DNA of 64,000 nucleotides. It comes from an uncultured Roseiflexaceae bacterium. GTDB taxonomy: Bacteria; Chloroflexota; Chloroflexia; Chloroflexales; Roseiflexaceae. The stretch spans positions 70,112 to 134,111 of the forward strand of contig CALJIC010000280.1 of assembly GCA_937974195.1 (NCBI GenBank), written 5' to 3'. A program made the position numbers and the translations under genes. How positions within the stretch are numbered: position 1 is the first letter of the stretch; every line of letters begins with the position of its first letter. Under the pieces are notes generated by a model, which had not been told where the DNA came from, made no database searches, and was given only the letters and a program-made list of their open reading frames with translations. This document shows, piece after piece, positions 15,154-24,339 of this stretch.

Positions 15154-17904
15154 CTAGTTACACCATCCCCACCCCCTCCAGACCGCGCAGCTCGCGCTGC
15201 GCAGCCACTCAAGCACCGATCCGCCGCCGTACCGCCCGCCGTCGGCGTAGGGTGACCAATACTGACCGGCGGGCGTGGCGCCGGGGACCGGGGTGACGAC
15301 CAGCGAGTCCGGGTGTCCGGGCGGCGGAAGCTGGTAGGGCGCGCCCTCGGGGATCACGGTTCCCCCGGCGAGGCGCTCGCCCCCGAGCGCCCTCGGCAGG
15401 AAGTCGAGCGGGTCGGCCATCTCGGTCCAGCAGCTCGCGTCCGGCGGCGGAGACAGGCCGCGCAGCCACTCCGCGGTACACACGTTGGTCGCCCGGAAGC
15501 TCCCGTCGTAGCTTCGTACGCGCAGGCCGAGATGGAGGTGTGGACCGGTTGTTGCGCCGCTGAGGCCGACAAACCCGACGATGCTGTCGAGCTGGTGCAC
15601 CTTGTCTCCGGGGCGCACCGGCGGGCCGCAGCCCGCGATGGTCTCGACAGCGCCTGAGAAGGAAGGCTGGCCCGGCGCGCAGAGACCGGCCTGGTCCCCC
15701 TGCGGCGCACCGTCGAGCGGCGGCGCTACCGGCGTGCCGGGGTCCAGCGTCATCTCTTCGCACCCGCTGACGATGCGCCGGGCCTGCAGAAAATGCGCCC
15801 GGTAGAAGGGGTCCTGGGAAACATCGTGCAGCACGCAGCCGACGCGGTGGTTGAAGCAGTCCATGAACAGCCCCTGCCCGGCGTAGATCGCGACGTGCTG
15901 GCCGCCGGAGTAGCGCAGGAACACCAGGTCTCCCAGCGCCCAGCAGCGGGTCTCCGCGCCGCGCAGGTCGTCGAGCGTGCAGGGGAGCGCCACCCCGTCG
16001 TCGAGCTGCTGGTAGGTGTTGCTGCCGATCGCGACCCCGGCCTGAGCGTAGGCCCACCAGACCAGCCCCGAGCAGTCGAAGGAGTTCGGGCCGGTGCGCG
16101 GGAGCGGGAGGCCGTCCGGGCCGCGCGGATCGCCGGGCAGCGCGCCCCCCTGGCTGTAGCGCGCCCCCTGGCGGCTGAGGGCGGCAACGACGGCCTGGAA
16201 GCAGGGCGCAGGCGCCGGGAATACCTGTGGCACGGTGGTTGGCTGGACGGGGTGGGGGTAGGCGACGGGCGCTGTCGGGCTTCTGGTCGCCGTCGGCGGA
16301 TAAGTGGGCGGCGGCCAGGCCTCCGGTGTGATGACCAGGTTCGACAGCTTGACCACGACCTGCTGCGCGACAGATACGCCCTCAGCGGATGCGACCATGC
16401 GCACGGAGACTCGCGCGAGCGGGCGGGCGTCGCTGGCGCGCACGATGAGGCGAACAGTCGCCGGCGCGCCGTTCCACGCCCTGACCAGGCAGTGGGCCTC
16501 GGCGCCGGAGCAGCTGCCGGCGGTGGTTGAAACATCGAGCAGCTCGAGCTGGGGGTCGAGCTCGAGCTGGACGGCGATGCTCTGCGGCGCGCCTTGCCAG
16601 CTGAAGATCGAGCCGGTGAGACTGAACACCTGGCCGACCGCCGGGCTCGGGTGGGACGCCGCGAGGCTCAGCGACAGCGGCTCCCTGGTGGGCTCCGAGG
16701 TAGCTGAAGTTGCAACTGGGGACGGCGGGAGCGTGGCCGTCTCCGCAGGCATCGCCTGATATGCCGCGGCGTACGACATCGCCGAGCCCGAGCCGTGGGC
16801 GGTAAACGTTCCCGATGATGCATTTGTGAGCGGTAGAGCGCCGAGTCTCCACGTACACCGGCTGCCGCCTGCGACACGCTCGCAGCGGGCCGCTGTCGCC
16901 GGGCGCGCGCTCGATGTCTCCGCAGAGCTCTTGGGCGGCATCAGCCCCTGCCCGAGCTCCAGCGAGCCGCTGATCGCCGGCGTGGCCGTCGGTGGGGGCG
17001 GGGGCGGCACGAGATGTGCCCGGAAGCGCAGGGCCACGTCGCCGGCCGCGCGCCCGGCGTCCACCGGCGTCTGCCAGGTCAGCGAGACCTCCTCGCCCGG
17101 ACGGCCCGCCGGCTCGTCGGGGATCCATCCCTCCCAGCCGCCGCCGCGCTGGCCCCAGCTCACCGTCGTGCGGCAGTTGGCCGGCCGGTCATAGGTGAAC
17201 ATAACGGTTCCCGGGCCCACGCGCTCCGGCACGAAGCGCGGCATATCGCCCGCGCACCACACGCTGATCTCGCCGTCGGCCATATCCGGCTGGAGCTCGC
17301 CGTGGCCGACCGGCTGGTAGCCGTCGTATGCCTCGTAGCGCCCGTAGCGATCGGCGATCCGGCCCTGCAGCTGCACGTACAGCCGGTAGGGCTCGAGGTG
17401 CGCGTAGAGCGCCTCGAAACCCTCCTGGGCGCTCGTGATCCGCACCGTCTGGCCGCCAGCAGCCGCGTGCGGCTGCTCGGCCCCGGGGTTGTCCCAGCCG
17501 ACATATGTCACGGTGGCGTCGAAGAGCGCGGCCGCCGGGCAGCGGCGGCAGAACGCCTGTCCGGCCAGGTCCACCCCCTCGTGGAACTCGACCTGCTGCG
17601 GATTCAGCGGGTCGGCCCGCCACCCGAAGCCGCTCGTGACCGACCAGCCTGCAGCGCGGTAGCCGCCGGCTGTGTCAGTCGCGACCGGCACCGGCCAGAC
17701 GACGGTGGAGCTCTGGAACACAGCTCCTGCCATCGCACACGCCAGCACGATCGCAAGGACTCCCAGCGTCAGGGCGGCGACAAGCGCGAGCGCGGGCCCG
17801 GCCTTGAGCGCCAGCCCACTTCGGGCTGCCCAGGCCACTGGCACTGCAGGGGATCGCTCGTCGCCCTCCTGCCCCGCGTACGTCTCTTGTTGGTTGTCGC
17901 TCAT
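15154..17904 (-). CDS. Large membrane-anchored cell-wall hydrolase with M23 peptidase and NlpC/P60 domains
   Basis: 916 aa with an N-terminal TM segment. The M23-like start reads GFGWRADPLNP...HEGVDLAG. A Pro/Thr/Ala-rich linker region follows. The NlpC/P60 signature reads FDCSGLVWWAYAQAGV...GDLVFL...GQHVAIYAG. A C-terminal M23-type motif reads GATTGPHLHLGLRV. Confidence 0.7.
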   Translation of the reverse strand: MSDNQQETYAGQEGDERSPAVPVAWAARSGLALKAGPALALVAALTLGVLAIVLACAMAGAVFQSSTVVWPVPVATDTAGGYRAAGWSVTSGFGWRADPLNPQQVEFHEGVDLAGQAFCRRCPAAALFDATVTYVGWDNPGAEQPHAAAGGQTVRITSAQEGFEALYAHLEPYRLYVQLQGRIADRYGRYEAYDGYQPVGHGELQPDMADGEISVWCAGDMPRFVPERVGPGTVMFTYDRPANCRTTVSWGQRGGGWEGWIPDEPAGRPGEEVSLTWQTPVDAGRAAGDVALRFRAHLVPPPPPPTATPAISGSLELGQGLMPPKSSAETSSARPATAARCERVAGGSRCTWRLGALPLTNASSGTFTAHGSGSAMSYAAAYQAMPAETATLPPSPVATSATSEPTREPLSLSLAASHPSPAVGQVFSLTGSIFSWQGAPQSIAVQLELDPQLELLDVSTTAGSCSGAEAHCLVRAWNGAPATVRLIVRASDARPLARVSVRMVASAEGVSVAQQVVVKLSNLVITPEAWPPPTYPPTATRSPTAPVAYPHPVQPTTVPQVFPAPAPCFQAVVAALSRQGARYSQGGALPGDPRGPDGLPLPRTGPNSFDCSGLVWWAYAQAGVAIGSNTYQQLDDGVALPCTLDDLRGAETRCWALGDLVFLRYSGGQHVAIYAGQGLFMDCFNHRVGCVLHDVSQDPFYRAHFLQARRIVSGCEEMTLDPGTPVAPPLDGAPQGDQAGLCAPGQPSFSGAVETIAGCGPPVRPGDKVHQLDSIVGFVGLSGATTGPHLHLGLRVRSYDGSFRATNVCTAEWLRGLSPPPDASCWTEMADPLDFLPRALGGERLAGGTVIPEGAPYQLPPPGHPDSLVVTPVPGATPAGQYWSPYADGGRYGGGSVLEWLRSASCAVWRGWGWCN

Positions 17905-17954
17905 AGCGCCTCGGGCTACAGTGCAAGGGTGAGATGGAGGCTCGATAGTGCGCC

Positions 17955-19295
17955 CTATCGACGGTCGCGGAGATTCAGGCTCTGGCTCGTACCTGCGCGG
18001 CGTGCGGCCGCGCTACGCGCCGGGTCTGCGGCGGCCGCCGGGCCGGATGGCGCCGCCGGCTCCCGTCCCCGCTCCTGGGCGGCCGCAGCCGGAGCGCTCT
18101 CACGCCGGCCAACTGCCCGGCTGAGCCAGCGGGTGGTTCGGGCGAGCATGCGCCCGCGCGCCAGCGCGGCGACTGAGGTACCCACCAGCCCGGACGGCGG
18201 CGCACCGGCGCCTGCGATCCCGGCGAGCGCCGACTCCCCGCCGATCGCCATGCCGAACACCACCGTCGCCAGAATGCGCCCGATCACTATCTCCTCGACC
18301 TGCGTCTGGCCGGTGAGCAGCGCCTGGCCGAAGAACAGCGAGCCGATCCAGAGAAAGAAGACCCACGTGGTCTGCTGGAGCAGGGTGTCGAGCAGCTTGG
18401 CGAGCCACTGCCCGAAGCGCGGGCTGGTCGAGCGGTCCATCAGCAGCGCTCCCATCAGCGGCGCGATGCTGATCAGGATGGTGAGCTGGACCATCCGCAT
18501 CAGCGCCTTCACGGCCAGGGCGAACACCGTCACGAGCATGACCAGTGTCGTGATCTGCAGGCCGAAGTTCAGGTGCACGCTCGGCTGGAGCATCTGCTCG
18601 AGCAGACCCTGCGTCGTCTGGCGGAGCAGCAGGCCGTGAAACTCGTTCAGCGCGCTCATCATGACCCGCAGCACGCGGTCCGACCCCTTGACGAACAGGA
18701 GCGCGAGCACGAAGCTGATGACCAGCGGCTTGCCCTCGGCCGCCAGGCTGCGCGGCCCCTCCGCGATCAGCCGCCCGATGCGCAGGGTGAACAGCAGCCC
18801 GATCAGCGAGATTGCGATCGGCGTGAGCGCGCCCCAGATCGTGTGGACGACGCTCCCGATGCTGCGGTGGCTGTCCAGGAAGAGCTCCGGCGGCGTGCAG
18901 GTGATGATGTTGACCCCGCCGGCGCAGCTCGACTCGGCGGTGGCGACGGCGATCAGCTGCTGCAGCCCGAGCGTCAGCGCCTGGTTCATCGTCCCGATCG
19001 CGCCGCTGGCGATCCCGAGCCCCGCGTCCATCACCCAGTTCCCTGTCGCGAGCTCGCGGCCCAGCCAGTCGAGCGGCCAGTCGTTCGACTTCGGCATGGC
19101 GGCGGGGGCGACAGCCGGCACGTCCGGCGGCGGGAGCGCGCGCACGGCGCTCCAATCGCCCGCGCCGCCGGAGCTGCCCTGTGGAGCGACGTCGTCGCCG
19201 CGCGTGCCCGGCGCATCGGCGTGCGCTGGACGAGGGGCCAGCAGCGCCACGGCGCAGCAGAGCAGAAGCGGCCACTTGAGCATCTTCAGGTTCAT
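17955..19295 (-). CDS. Polytopic membrane protein with signal peptide (VirB6/TrbL-like candidate)
   Basis: Start taken at MNLKMLKWPLLLCCAVALLAPRPAHA, which has a signal-peptide shape. At least six hydrophobic helices follow, with a C-terminal Arg/Ala-rich tail. Its position in the T4SS-like cluster supports the call. Confidence 0.45.
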   Translation of the reverse strand: MNLKMLKWPLLLCCAVALLAPRPAHADAPGTRGDDVAPQGSSGGAGDWSAVRALPPPDVPAVAPAAMPKSNDWPLDWLGRELATGNWVMDAGLGIASGAIGTMNQALTLGLQQLIAVATAESSCAGGVNIITCTPPELFLDSHRSIGSVVHTIWGALTPIAISLIGLLFTLRIGRLIAEGPRSLAAEGKPLVISFVLALLFVKGSDRVLRVMMSALNEFHGLLLRQTTQGLLEQMLQPSVHLNFGLQITTLVMLVTVFALAVKALMRMVQLTILISIAPLMGALLMDRSTSPRFGQWLAKLLDTLLQQTTWVFFLWIGSLFFGQALLTGQTQVEEIVIGRILATVVFGMAIGGESALAGIAGAGAPPSGLVGTSVAALARGRMLARTTRWLSRAVGRRESAPAAAAQERGREPAAPSGPAAAADPARSAAARRAGTSQSLNLRDRR

Positions 19296-19305
19296 CGCCG
19301 TACCT

Positions 19306-20091
19306 CTACTGCACCACAATCTCGGTCGTCACGTCGGCGATAAGCCAGGCGCCGGCGCGCTGGAGCCGGTAGATGTTGCGCGTCAGCACGCCGCGCCGGC
19401 TGCTCACGATCTTCCCTTCGGACCACACGACTACGTCCCACAGCTCCTGCGTCTCGACTGTCACCCAGGCGCCGCTCGCCTCGGCGCTCAGCACCCCCCA
19501 GCGCCGCAGCCTCGCATCGTGAGTCTCGCCGAGTGCCGCGCGGCGGTCGTACTCGGCGCGCGCCTGCGCGATCGCGGCTCCCGACGGGTGCAGGTGCGGC
19601 AGAAGATGCTCCACACGCCCTTCGCGCGCAGCGATGATGCTGGCGCGGTTGTAGGCGGCGACCGTTGCGATCGCCTGCTCCACTGGCTCGTCGCGCTCTT
19701 TCGGGGAAGCCTGCGCTGGCGCATCCGCGACCTCCGGCGCCCGCTCGCCGGCCGCGTGGGGGCTGACATCCGCCGCGCCGCCGGTGACCGAGAGCGCGAT
19801 CAGGGCTGCGCACAGCGTGGCCGCGCCCCCCTGCACGGCCCGCGGCCGCAGCAGCATCCAGCCCAGCAGCCGGTCGATCGGTCGCAGCTCGGTGAGACGC
19901 GCAAGCAGTGGTTCAAGCGCGCTGTGGCGGTGTTCGCTCACGCAAAACCTCTGGTCGTTGGCGGCGAGTACGGCATCTCGGGGCTGAGCACCGGGCTCCG
20001 GCGGGCGGCTGACTAGCGGCGCCTCTTCGCGCCCGGCGGGACGGCTGGGCGGCGGCGCAGCCCTGCGTACAGCTCCTCGCGCGAGAGCCAC
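19306..20091 (-). CDS. Hypothetical membrane-anchored protein (single TM; NTF2-like/TcpC-like role is speculative)
   Basis: 261 aa. The GTG start overlaps the upstream HTH gene, so the start is uncertain. One TM segment (AATLCAALIALSV) is followed by a soluble domain. Confidence 0.3.
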   Translation of the reverse strand: MALARGAVRRAAPPPSRPAGREEAPLVSRPPEPGAQPRDAVLAANDQRFCVSEHRHSALEPLLARLTELRPIDRLLGWMLLRPRAVQGGAATLCAALIALSVTGGAADVSPHAAGERAPEVADAPAQASPKERDEPVEQAIATVAAYNRASIIAAREGRVEHLLPHLHPSGAAIAQARAEYDRRAALGETHDARLRRWGVLSAEASGAWVTVETQELWDVVVWSEGKIVSSRRGVLTRNIYRLQRAGAWLIADVTTEIVVQ

Positions 20092-20261
20092 AGCTCCCCG
20101 CCGACCCGCCGTGTTGTGAACTTGCCCGCCTCGATCCAGAACAGCATGGTGTCAGTCGTCACGCGGTACAGATCGGCCGCCTCGCGCAGCGGCATCCACT
20201 CCTCGCGCAGCGCCATGTGCTGAACCATCGCCGCCAGTGAAGGCCATCGTCCCTGTCGCAT
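20013..20261 (-). CDS. Excisionase-family helix-turn-helix DNA-binding protein (HTH_17-like)
   Basis: The segment LREAADLYRVTTDTMLFWIEAGKFTTRRVGGELWLSREEL matches the excisionase/AlpA-type HTH pattern. Basic C-tail. The true start may be an internal Met. Confidence 0.5.
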   Translation of the reverse strand: MRQGRWPSLAAMVQHMALREEWMPLREAADLYRVTTDTMLFWIEAGKFTTRRVGGELWLSREELYAGLRRRPAVPPGAKRRR

Positions 20262-20505
20262 TGCTCACCTCATGTAGCCACTCGACGAACGTATCCCGAC
20301 AACATCGCCAGACCCCACACGTCACGATCTGGACGCCCGGCAGCTCGCCGCGCCGCAGCGACTCGTGGAACCAGGTCCGCCCCATGAGCGGCTTCACCTC
20401 GTACGATGTCAGCACGCTCGGCAGCGACTCGGGGCCGCCGCGCTCTGCCAGCCGCTTCAGCGCATCGTTCGCGCGCTCCGCGGCCGATCGGCCGATTGGT
20501 GGCAT
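20152..20505 (-). CDS. Second excisionase-family HTH DNA-binding protein
   Basis: The segment SYEVKPLMGRTWFHESLRRGELPGVQIVTCGVWRCCRDTFVEWL fits the same HTH_17-like pattern. It overlaps the downstream HTH gene by about 110 nt in another frame. Confidence 0.45.
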   Translation of the reverse strand: MPPIGRSAAERANDALKRLAERGGPESLPSVLTSYEVKPLMGRTWFHESLRRGELPGVQIVTCGVWRCCRDTFVEWLHEVSNATGTMAFTGGDGSAHGAARGVDAAARGGRSVPRDD

Positions 20506-20506
20506 C

Positions 20507-21304
20507 TCACAGACCTCCGCTCATCAGCAGGCTTCCGCCGACCATGACGTAGAGCAGGTTTCCGAGAATCCCGACGACGAGGCTTGCGGCGACCACCAGC
20601 AGTAGCCAGAGCGTCCGCCGCTTCATCATGCGTGTGAACTCGTCGCGCATGATTGCCTCGAGGGTCGCCTCGTGCGCGGCGAGCGCCGTCTGCACGTCGG
20701 TGCCTTCGGCCTCCGCCTGCGCCAGCGCCTCGGCCACATCGACGAGCTCCTGGCAGCCGCGCGCCCGCGCGACGGTGCGCAGAGCGTCGAAGGGCCGGAG
20801 CCTGCGCTCGCGGACCAGGGCGAGCGACTCTGCGACGACCGCCTGCATCGGCAGCAGGTGGCGCTGCGGCCGCGCGATGTAGCGGCCCAGCAGCGATGCG
20901 GGCGCCTCGTAGCCCGCCAGGGCGACGCGCACGTAGCTCACCAGGCCCGGCGTGAGGCGCCGGAGATCGTGTCGCTCGCGCTTCGCCTGGACGAGGGGCC
21001 GGCGCGGCAGGACCAGGCCGATGTACAGGTAGAGGCCGAGCGCGGTGCTTATCAGCAGCGTGCGGGCCGTCCCCGCCACGCCGCCCGCGTATCCGGCGAG
21101 CAGCAGCAGGCCGACGAGCGTCGCGGCGGCCAACTGGCCGAGCGCCATGCGCGCGGCGATCGTGCCGCCGGCCGGAGAGCTGCGGAAACCGGCGAGCAGC
21201 AGCCGCGCCCGCTCGATCCGGGCGAGTCCGAGGGCGGCCAGCGTCGCTCCAGCGGCGCTGAGGGCGAAGAACGGCGCGCCTGGGGTGAGAAGGAGATCGA
21301 TCAC
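20507..21304 (-). CDS. Tad/Flp pilus inner-membrane platform protein (TadC-like, T2SS-F domain)
   Basis: 265 aa. GTG start. Polytopic, with a T2SS-F-like helix pattern. Adjacent to the TadB-like gene and downstream of the CpaF genes. Confidence 0.55.
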   Translation of the reverse strand: MIDLLLTPGAPFFALSAAGATLAALGLARIERARLLLAGFRSSPAGGTIAARMALGQLAAATLVGLLLLAGYAGGVAGTARTLLISTALGLYLYIGLVLPRRPLVQAKRERHDLRRLTPGLVSYVRVALAGYEAPASLLGRYIARPQRHLLPMQAVVAESLALVRERRLRPFDALRTVARARGCQELVDVAEALAQAEAEGTDVQTALAAHEATLEAIMRDEFTRMMKRRTLWLLLVVAASLVVGILGNLLYVMVGGSLLMSGGL

Positions 21305-21319
21305 GAGCGTTCCTCCGCG

Positions 21320-22255
21320 TCAGTAGTCGATATCGTCGATCCGCGCGAGCAGCAGGCCGGCGACGATCGGCGCAAGGAGCGCCGCGGCCACCAGCACCCC
21401 CGCGGCGAGGCCGAGCGGGCCCTGGTAGGCTCGCGCCACCCGGTCCTGCTGCGTCACCAGCAGGTACGCCGCCATCAGCAGGCCCGCAAGCCCGATCGCC
21501 ACGCCGCTGTAGCGCATCTGGGCCAGCTCGGTCGCTGCGGCGCTGCGGCGGCGCTCGGCGGCGAAGAGCGCGAGCGAGGCGGCGCCGAGCCGCTGGGTTA
21601 GCACATCGTGGGTCTGCCCGAGCGCGACCTCGAGGTGGCCGAGAAACGTCGCGTGGCGCCGCGATGGGGTCTGCTGCGCGAGAGCGGCGACGACCTGCTC
21701 CGGCGTCGCGAGGCCGCGGCGCGTCACAGGGGCGGCCATGCGCTCGGCCAGAAACGTCCACTCGGAGCGCAGCGGCCCGGCGGGCAGATCCGCGACGACG
21801 CGCTCGAGCGCGCCCTGGAAGCTTCCGCCCGCGCGCAGGTAGCCGCAGAGCCGCCCGACGACCGCCGGGAGCGCGCGGTCGAGCGCGTCCACATAGCGCG
21901 CCTCCTGCGCTCGGAGAAACGCCCAGATCACCAGGCAGGCGGCCGGCGCGGCGAGGACCAGGGCGATGAACGGCGTCGCGACGAGGCTGAGGGCGGCGGT
22001 CACCAGCAGCACGGCGGCCAGGCTCGCGCCGAACAGCTGACCTGGTGTCGTCACCGGCGGCGACCAGAGCAGCGCCGGGTCTTCGTCTCCGGCGGTGGCG
22101 CGCCGGCGCTCGATCAGCCGGCGGCAGGCGCTCAGACCCCAGCCGCGCAGTGTCAGTGAGACCCCGAGGATGCCGCCCAGGAGGAGCCAGAGCGGCACCG
22201 ACACGGCGATCCAGGCCGTCTCGGGGTGCGTCAGGGGCGTGCTACTCACGTCCAT
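21320..22255 (-). CDS. Tad/Flp pilus inner-membrane platform protein (TadB-like, T2SS-F domain)
   Basis: 311 aa membrane protein with the same architecture as its neighbour. This is the classic TadB-TadC pair downstream of the secretion ATPase. Confidence 0.55.
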   Translation of the reverse strand: MDVSSTPLTHPETAWIAVSVPLWLLLGGILGVSLTLRGWGLSACRRLIERRRATAGDEDPALLWSPPVTTPGQLFGASLAAVLLVTAALSLVATPFIALVLAAPAACLVIWAFLRAQEARYVDALDRALPAVVGRLCGYLRAGGSFQGALERVVADLPAGPLRSEWTFLAERMAAPVTRRGLATPEQVVAALAQQTPSRRHATFLGHLEVALGQTHDVLTQRLGAASLALFAAERRRSAAATELAQMRYSGVAIGLAGLLMAAYLLVTQQDRVARAYQGPLGLAAGVLVAAALLAPIVAGLLLARIDDIDY

Positions 22256-22272
22256 GTGCGTTCTCCGTATGC

Positions 22273-24339
22273 TCAGCCGTGTGCGGCGCCGTCGCTCACG
22301 CCGCTCGTATGCGCGAGCGCAATGCGGCGCTCACGAACCGCGCGAATCGTCTCGGCCGTGCCTTCGCCGTATGCCAGCAGCGCCTCGAGCGCCTGCTCCC
22401 GTAGCCGCAGCAGCGTCAGCGCCGTCGTGGGCGAGAGCCAGGACTCGTTGGGCACTGCGCCGTTCACCAGGTCCAGCGCGGCGCGCGGGTCATTGCGGCG
22501 CAGCGCCGCATTGGCGTCCTCGCACGCCTGGAGCGCAGCCCGCTCGTGCGCGAGCCCGGCCTCGATGCGCTCCTCGACCGCGGCCCAGTCGGTGGGTGGC
22601 GCCGCGGCCGCCACCGTCGCCAGGTCCTGCATGAGCTCGTTGAGCCGGCTGCGCGCCTCAGCCCAGCGGTTGTCCGCCAGCAGCGCCTCGAGCGCAGCCC
22701 ACTGCGCCTGCGCCTCAGCCTTCAGCGCGCTGAAGCGGTCGGGCGTCCGCTCGACGGCTCTGCGCGCCAGCTCGAGCAGCCGTCCATCCCGGCGCTCGCG
22801 CCAGGGGAGGCGCAGCACGCTCAGCGCGCGCTCGGTCTCGCCCGATGCGACCAGCCGCTCGCCGCGCTCCAGCGCGCCCTGCACGGTTGCCAGCGTCGAG
22901 ACCGTGCGCACCTGCTCCTGTGCCCGCGCCTGGGCCAGCCGCTCGCGAAGCTGCGCCGGGGTGCGTGCGACGCCGTCGTGCCACACCAGATCCCCCTGCT
23001 CGACGGACGCGTACGTCTGCCAAGCCACCTGCCCGTCGCCGCCGACCGTCGCGGTGGCGAGCGGGAGCAGGACCGGCACCAGCTCGCCCGCGTTGGCCGC
23101 GGCGCCGTCCAGCAGCGCCAGCTCGGCCACCAGGCGCCGCCCGATCGCCTCGAGCACATCCAGGCGCAGCACCACATCGAACGCGGCGCACGTATCGCGC
23201 AGCGCATCGTCGCGGCGCCCCTCGTACATATAGGCCCCTGGCTGCGCCGCGTAGCCCGCGAAGCGCGCGACCGTCTCGGCGGCGGTGCGCGCGTGGAGCG
23301 TCGTGATCACGGCGTGGCCCGAGAGGGCGAGCGCGAGGATGGCGCCCGCCTCGCTCCCGCGCGTCTCGCCCGGCAGCAGCAGCCCGGGCGTCTGGCGCAG
23401 CGCCTCGCGCGCGGCGCGCCCGAACGCTTGCGGGTCGCGCTGGGTGTCCACGAGCTCGCGCGTCCACGCCGCGCGGGCCCGGATGCCGATCTCCAGCGTG
23501 TGGTCCTCGATCGTGATGATGTGCGGCGTGTCGGGCCAGGAGTTCGCCAGCGCCTCGAGCATCGCCGTCTTGCCGGTGCCGGTGCGCCCGGCGATCAGGA
23601 ACGAGCAGCGCGCGTGGCACAGCAGCCGCAGGATATTCGCGACCGGCTGATCGACGGTGCCGCGCGCCAGCAGGTCCTCGACCCCCCACGCCTCGCGCCG
23701 GCCGCGGCGGATGCAGACCAGCACGCCGTCCGGCTCGGCGATGCGCGGGTGGATGCTGACGTGAACGCGGGTGCCGTGCGCCACCGGCAGCGTCTCCTGC
23801 GGGTGCGCGGCGTCCAGCTGCACCCCCAGGGCCGAGGCGAGCTGCACGGCGCGGCTGCGTACCTCCGCGCTGCTGGCGAAGCGCTCCGGGACGGCGACGA
23901 ACGGCCGGCCGGCCTCCTGCACCAGGATCGTGCAGTTGTTGATCTTGACCTCGTTGACCAGCGGGTCGTCGAGGTAGCGCTGGGCCGGCCCCCAGCCGAG
24001 CGTCGCCGCGAACAGCTCCAGGAGCGTCTCGGCGTCGTCTGGCACGGCCGCGAGCGGCCCGCCCGTGCGCCGGTCGGCCGCCACTGCGGCGCGCAGCGCG
24101 TCGATCACGCGGCTGTTGCGCTCGACCGGCGGCGCGAATGGGTCGAGGTGTGTGCGCCGGCCATCTCGGTCGAAGGCGGCCAGCAGCGCATCGCGGACCG
24201 CCTGCAGCACCTGCGGGTCGCTCACCGCCTCGCGGCGCGGCTGATGCGCCCCCGGCGCGGCCGAGAGATCCCCGCCGATCTCGTCCGGCAGGTCGAGGAT
24301 CGACCGGTACGGCGGAGTGTTCGCAGCTGTCGCGGTCAT
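22273..24339 (-). CDS. CpaF/TadA/VirB11-family secretion ATPase with a C-terminal TPR/coiled-coil extension of about 270 aa
   Basis: Start set at MTATAANTPPYR (residue 377 of track ORF 22273..25467). Its ATG overlaps the upstream cpaE-like stop as ATGA. Walker A reads IAGRTGTGKTAMLEALANSW, with a T2SS-E-like core. A long Ala/Arg/Glu-rich helical C-terminus follows. Confidence 0.7.
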   Translation of the reverse strand: MTATAANTPPYRSILDLPDEIGGDLSAAPGAHQPRREAVSDPQVLQAVRDALLAAFDRDGRRTHLDPFAPPVERNSRVIDALRAAVAADRRTGGPLAAVPDDAETLLELFAATLGWGPAQRYLDDPLVNEVKINNCTILVQEAGRPFVAVPERFASSAEVRSRAVQLASALGVQLDAAHPQETLPVAHGTRVHVSIHPRIAEPDGVLVCIRRGRREAWGVEDLLARGTVDQPVANILRLLCHARCSFLIAGRTGTGKTAMLEALANSWPDTPHIITIEDHTLEIGIRARAAWTRELVDTQRDPQAFGRAAREALRQTPGLLLPGETRGSEAGAILALALSGHAVITTLHARTAAETVARFAGYAAQPGAYMYEGRRDDALRDTCAAFDVVLRLDVLEAIGRRLVAELALLDGAAANAGELVPVLLPLATATVGGDGQVAWQTYASVEQGDLVWHDGVARTPAQLRERLAQARAQEQVRTVSTLATVQGALERGERLVASGETERALSVLRLPWRERRDGRLLELARRAVERTPDRFSALKAEAQAQWAALEALLADNRWAEARSRLNELMQDLATVAAAAPPTDWAAVEERIEAGLAHERAALQACEDANAALRRNDPRAALDLVNGAVPNESWLSPTTALTLLRLREQALEALLAYGEGTAETIRAVRERRIALAHTSGVSDGAAHG

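Noticed and set aside
14814-15212. Full 132-aa ORF for the pilin-like gene
   Set aside because: The N-terminal 42 residues are Gly/Ala/Arg-rich and overlap the hydrolase gene region. The internal Met at 15086 has a near-perfect RBS and begins the hydrophobic core, so the shorter CDS was preferred.
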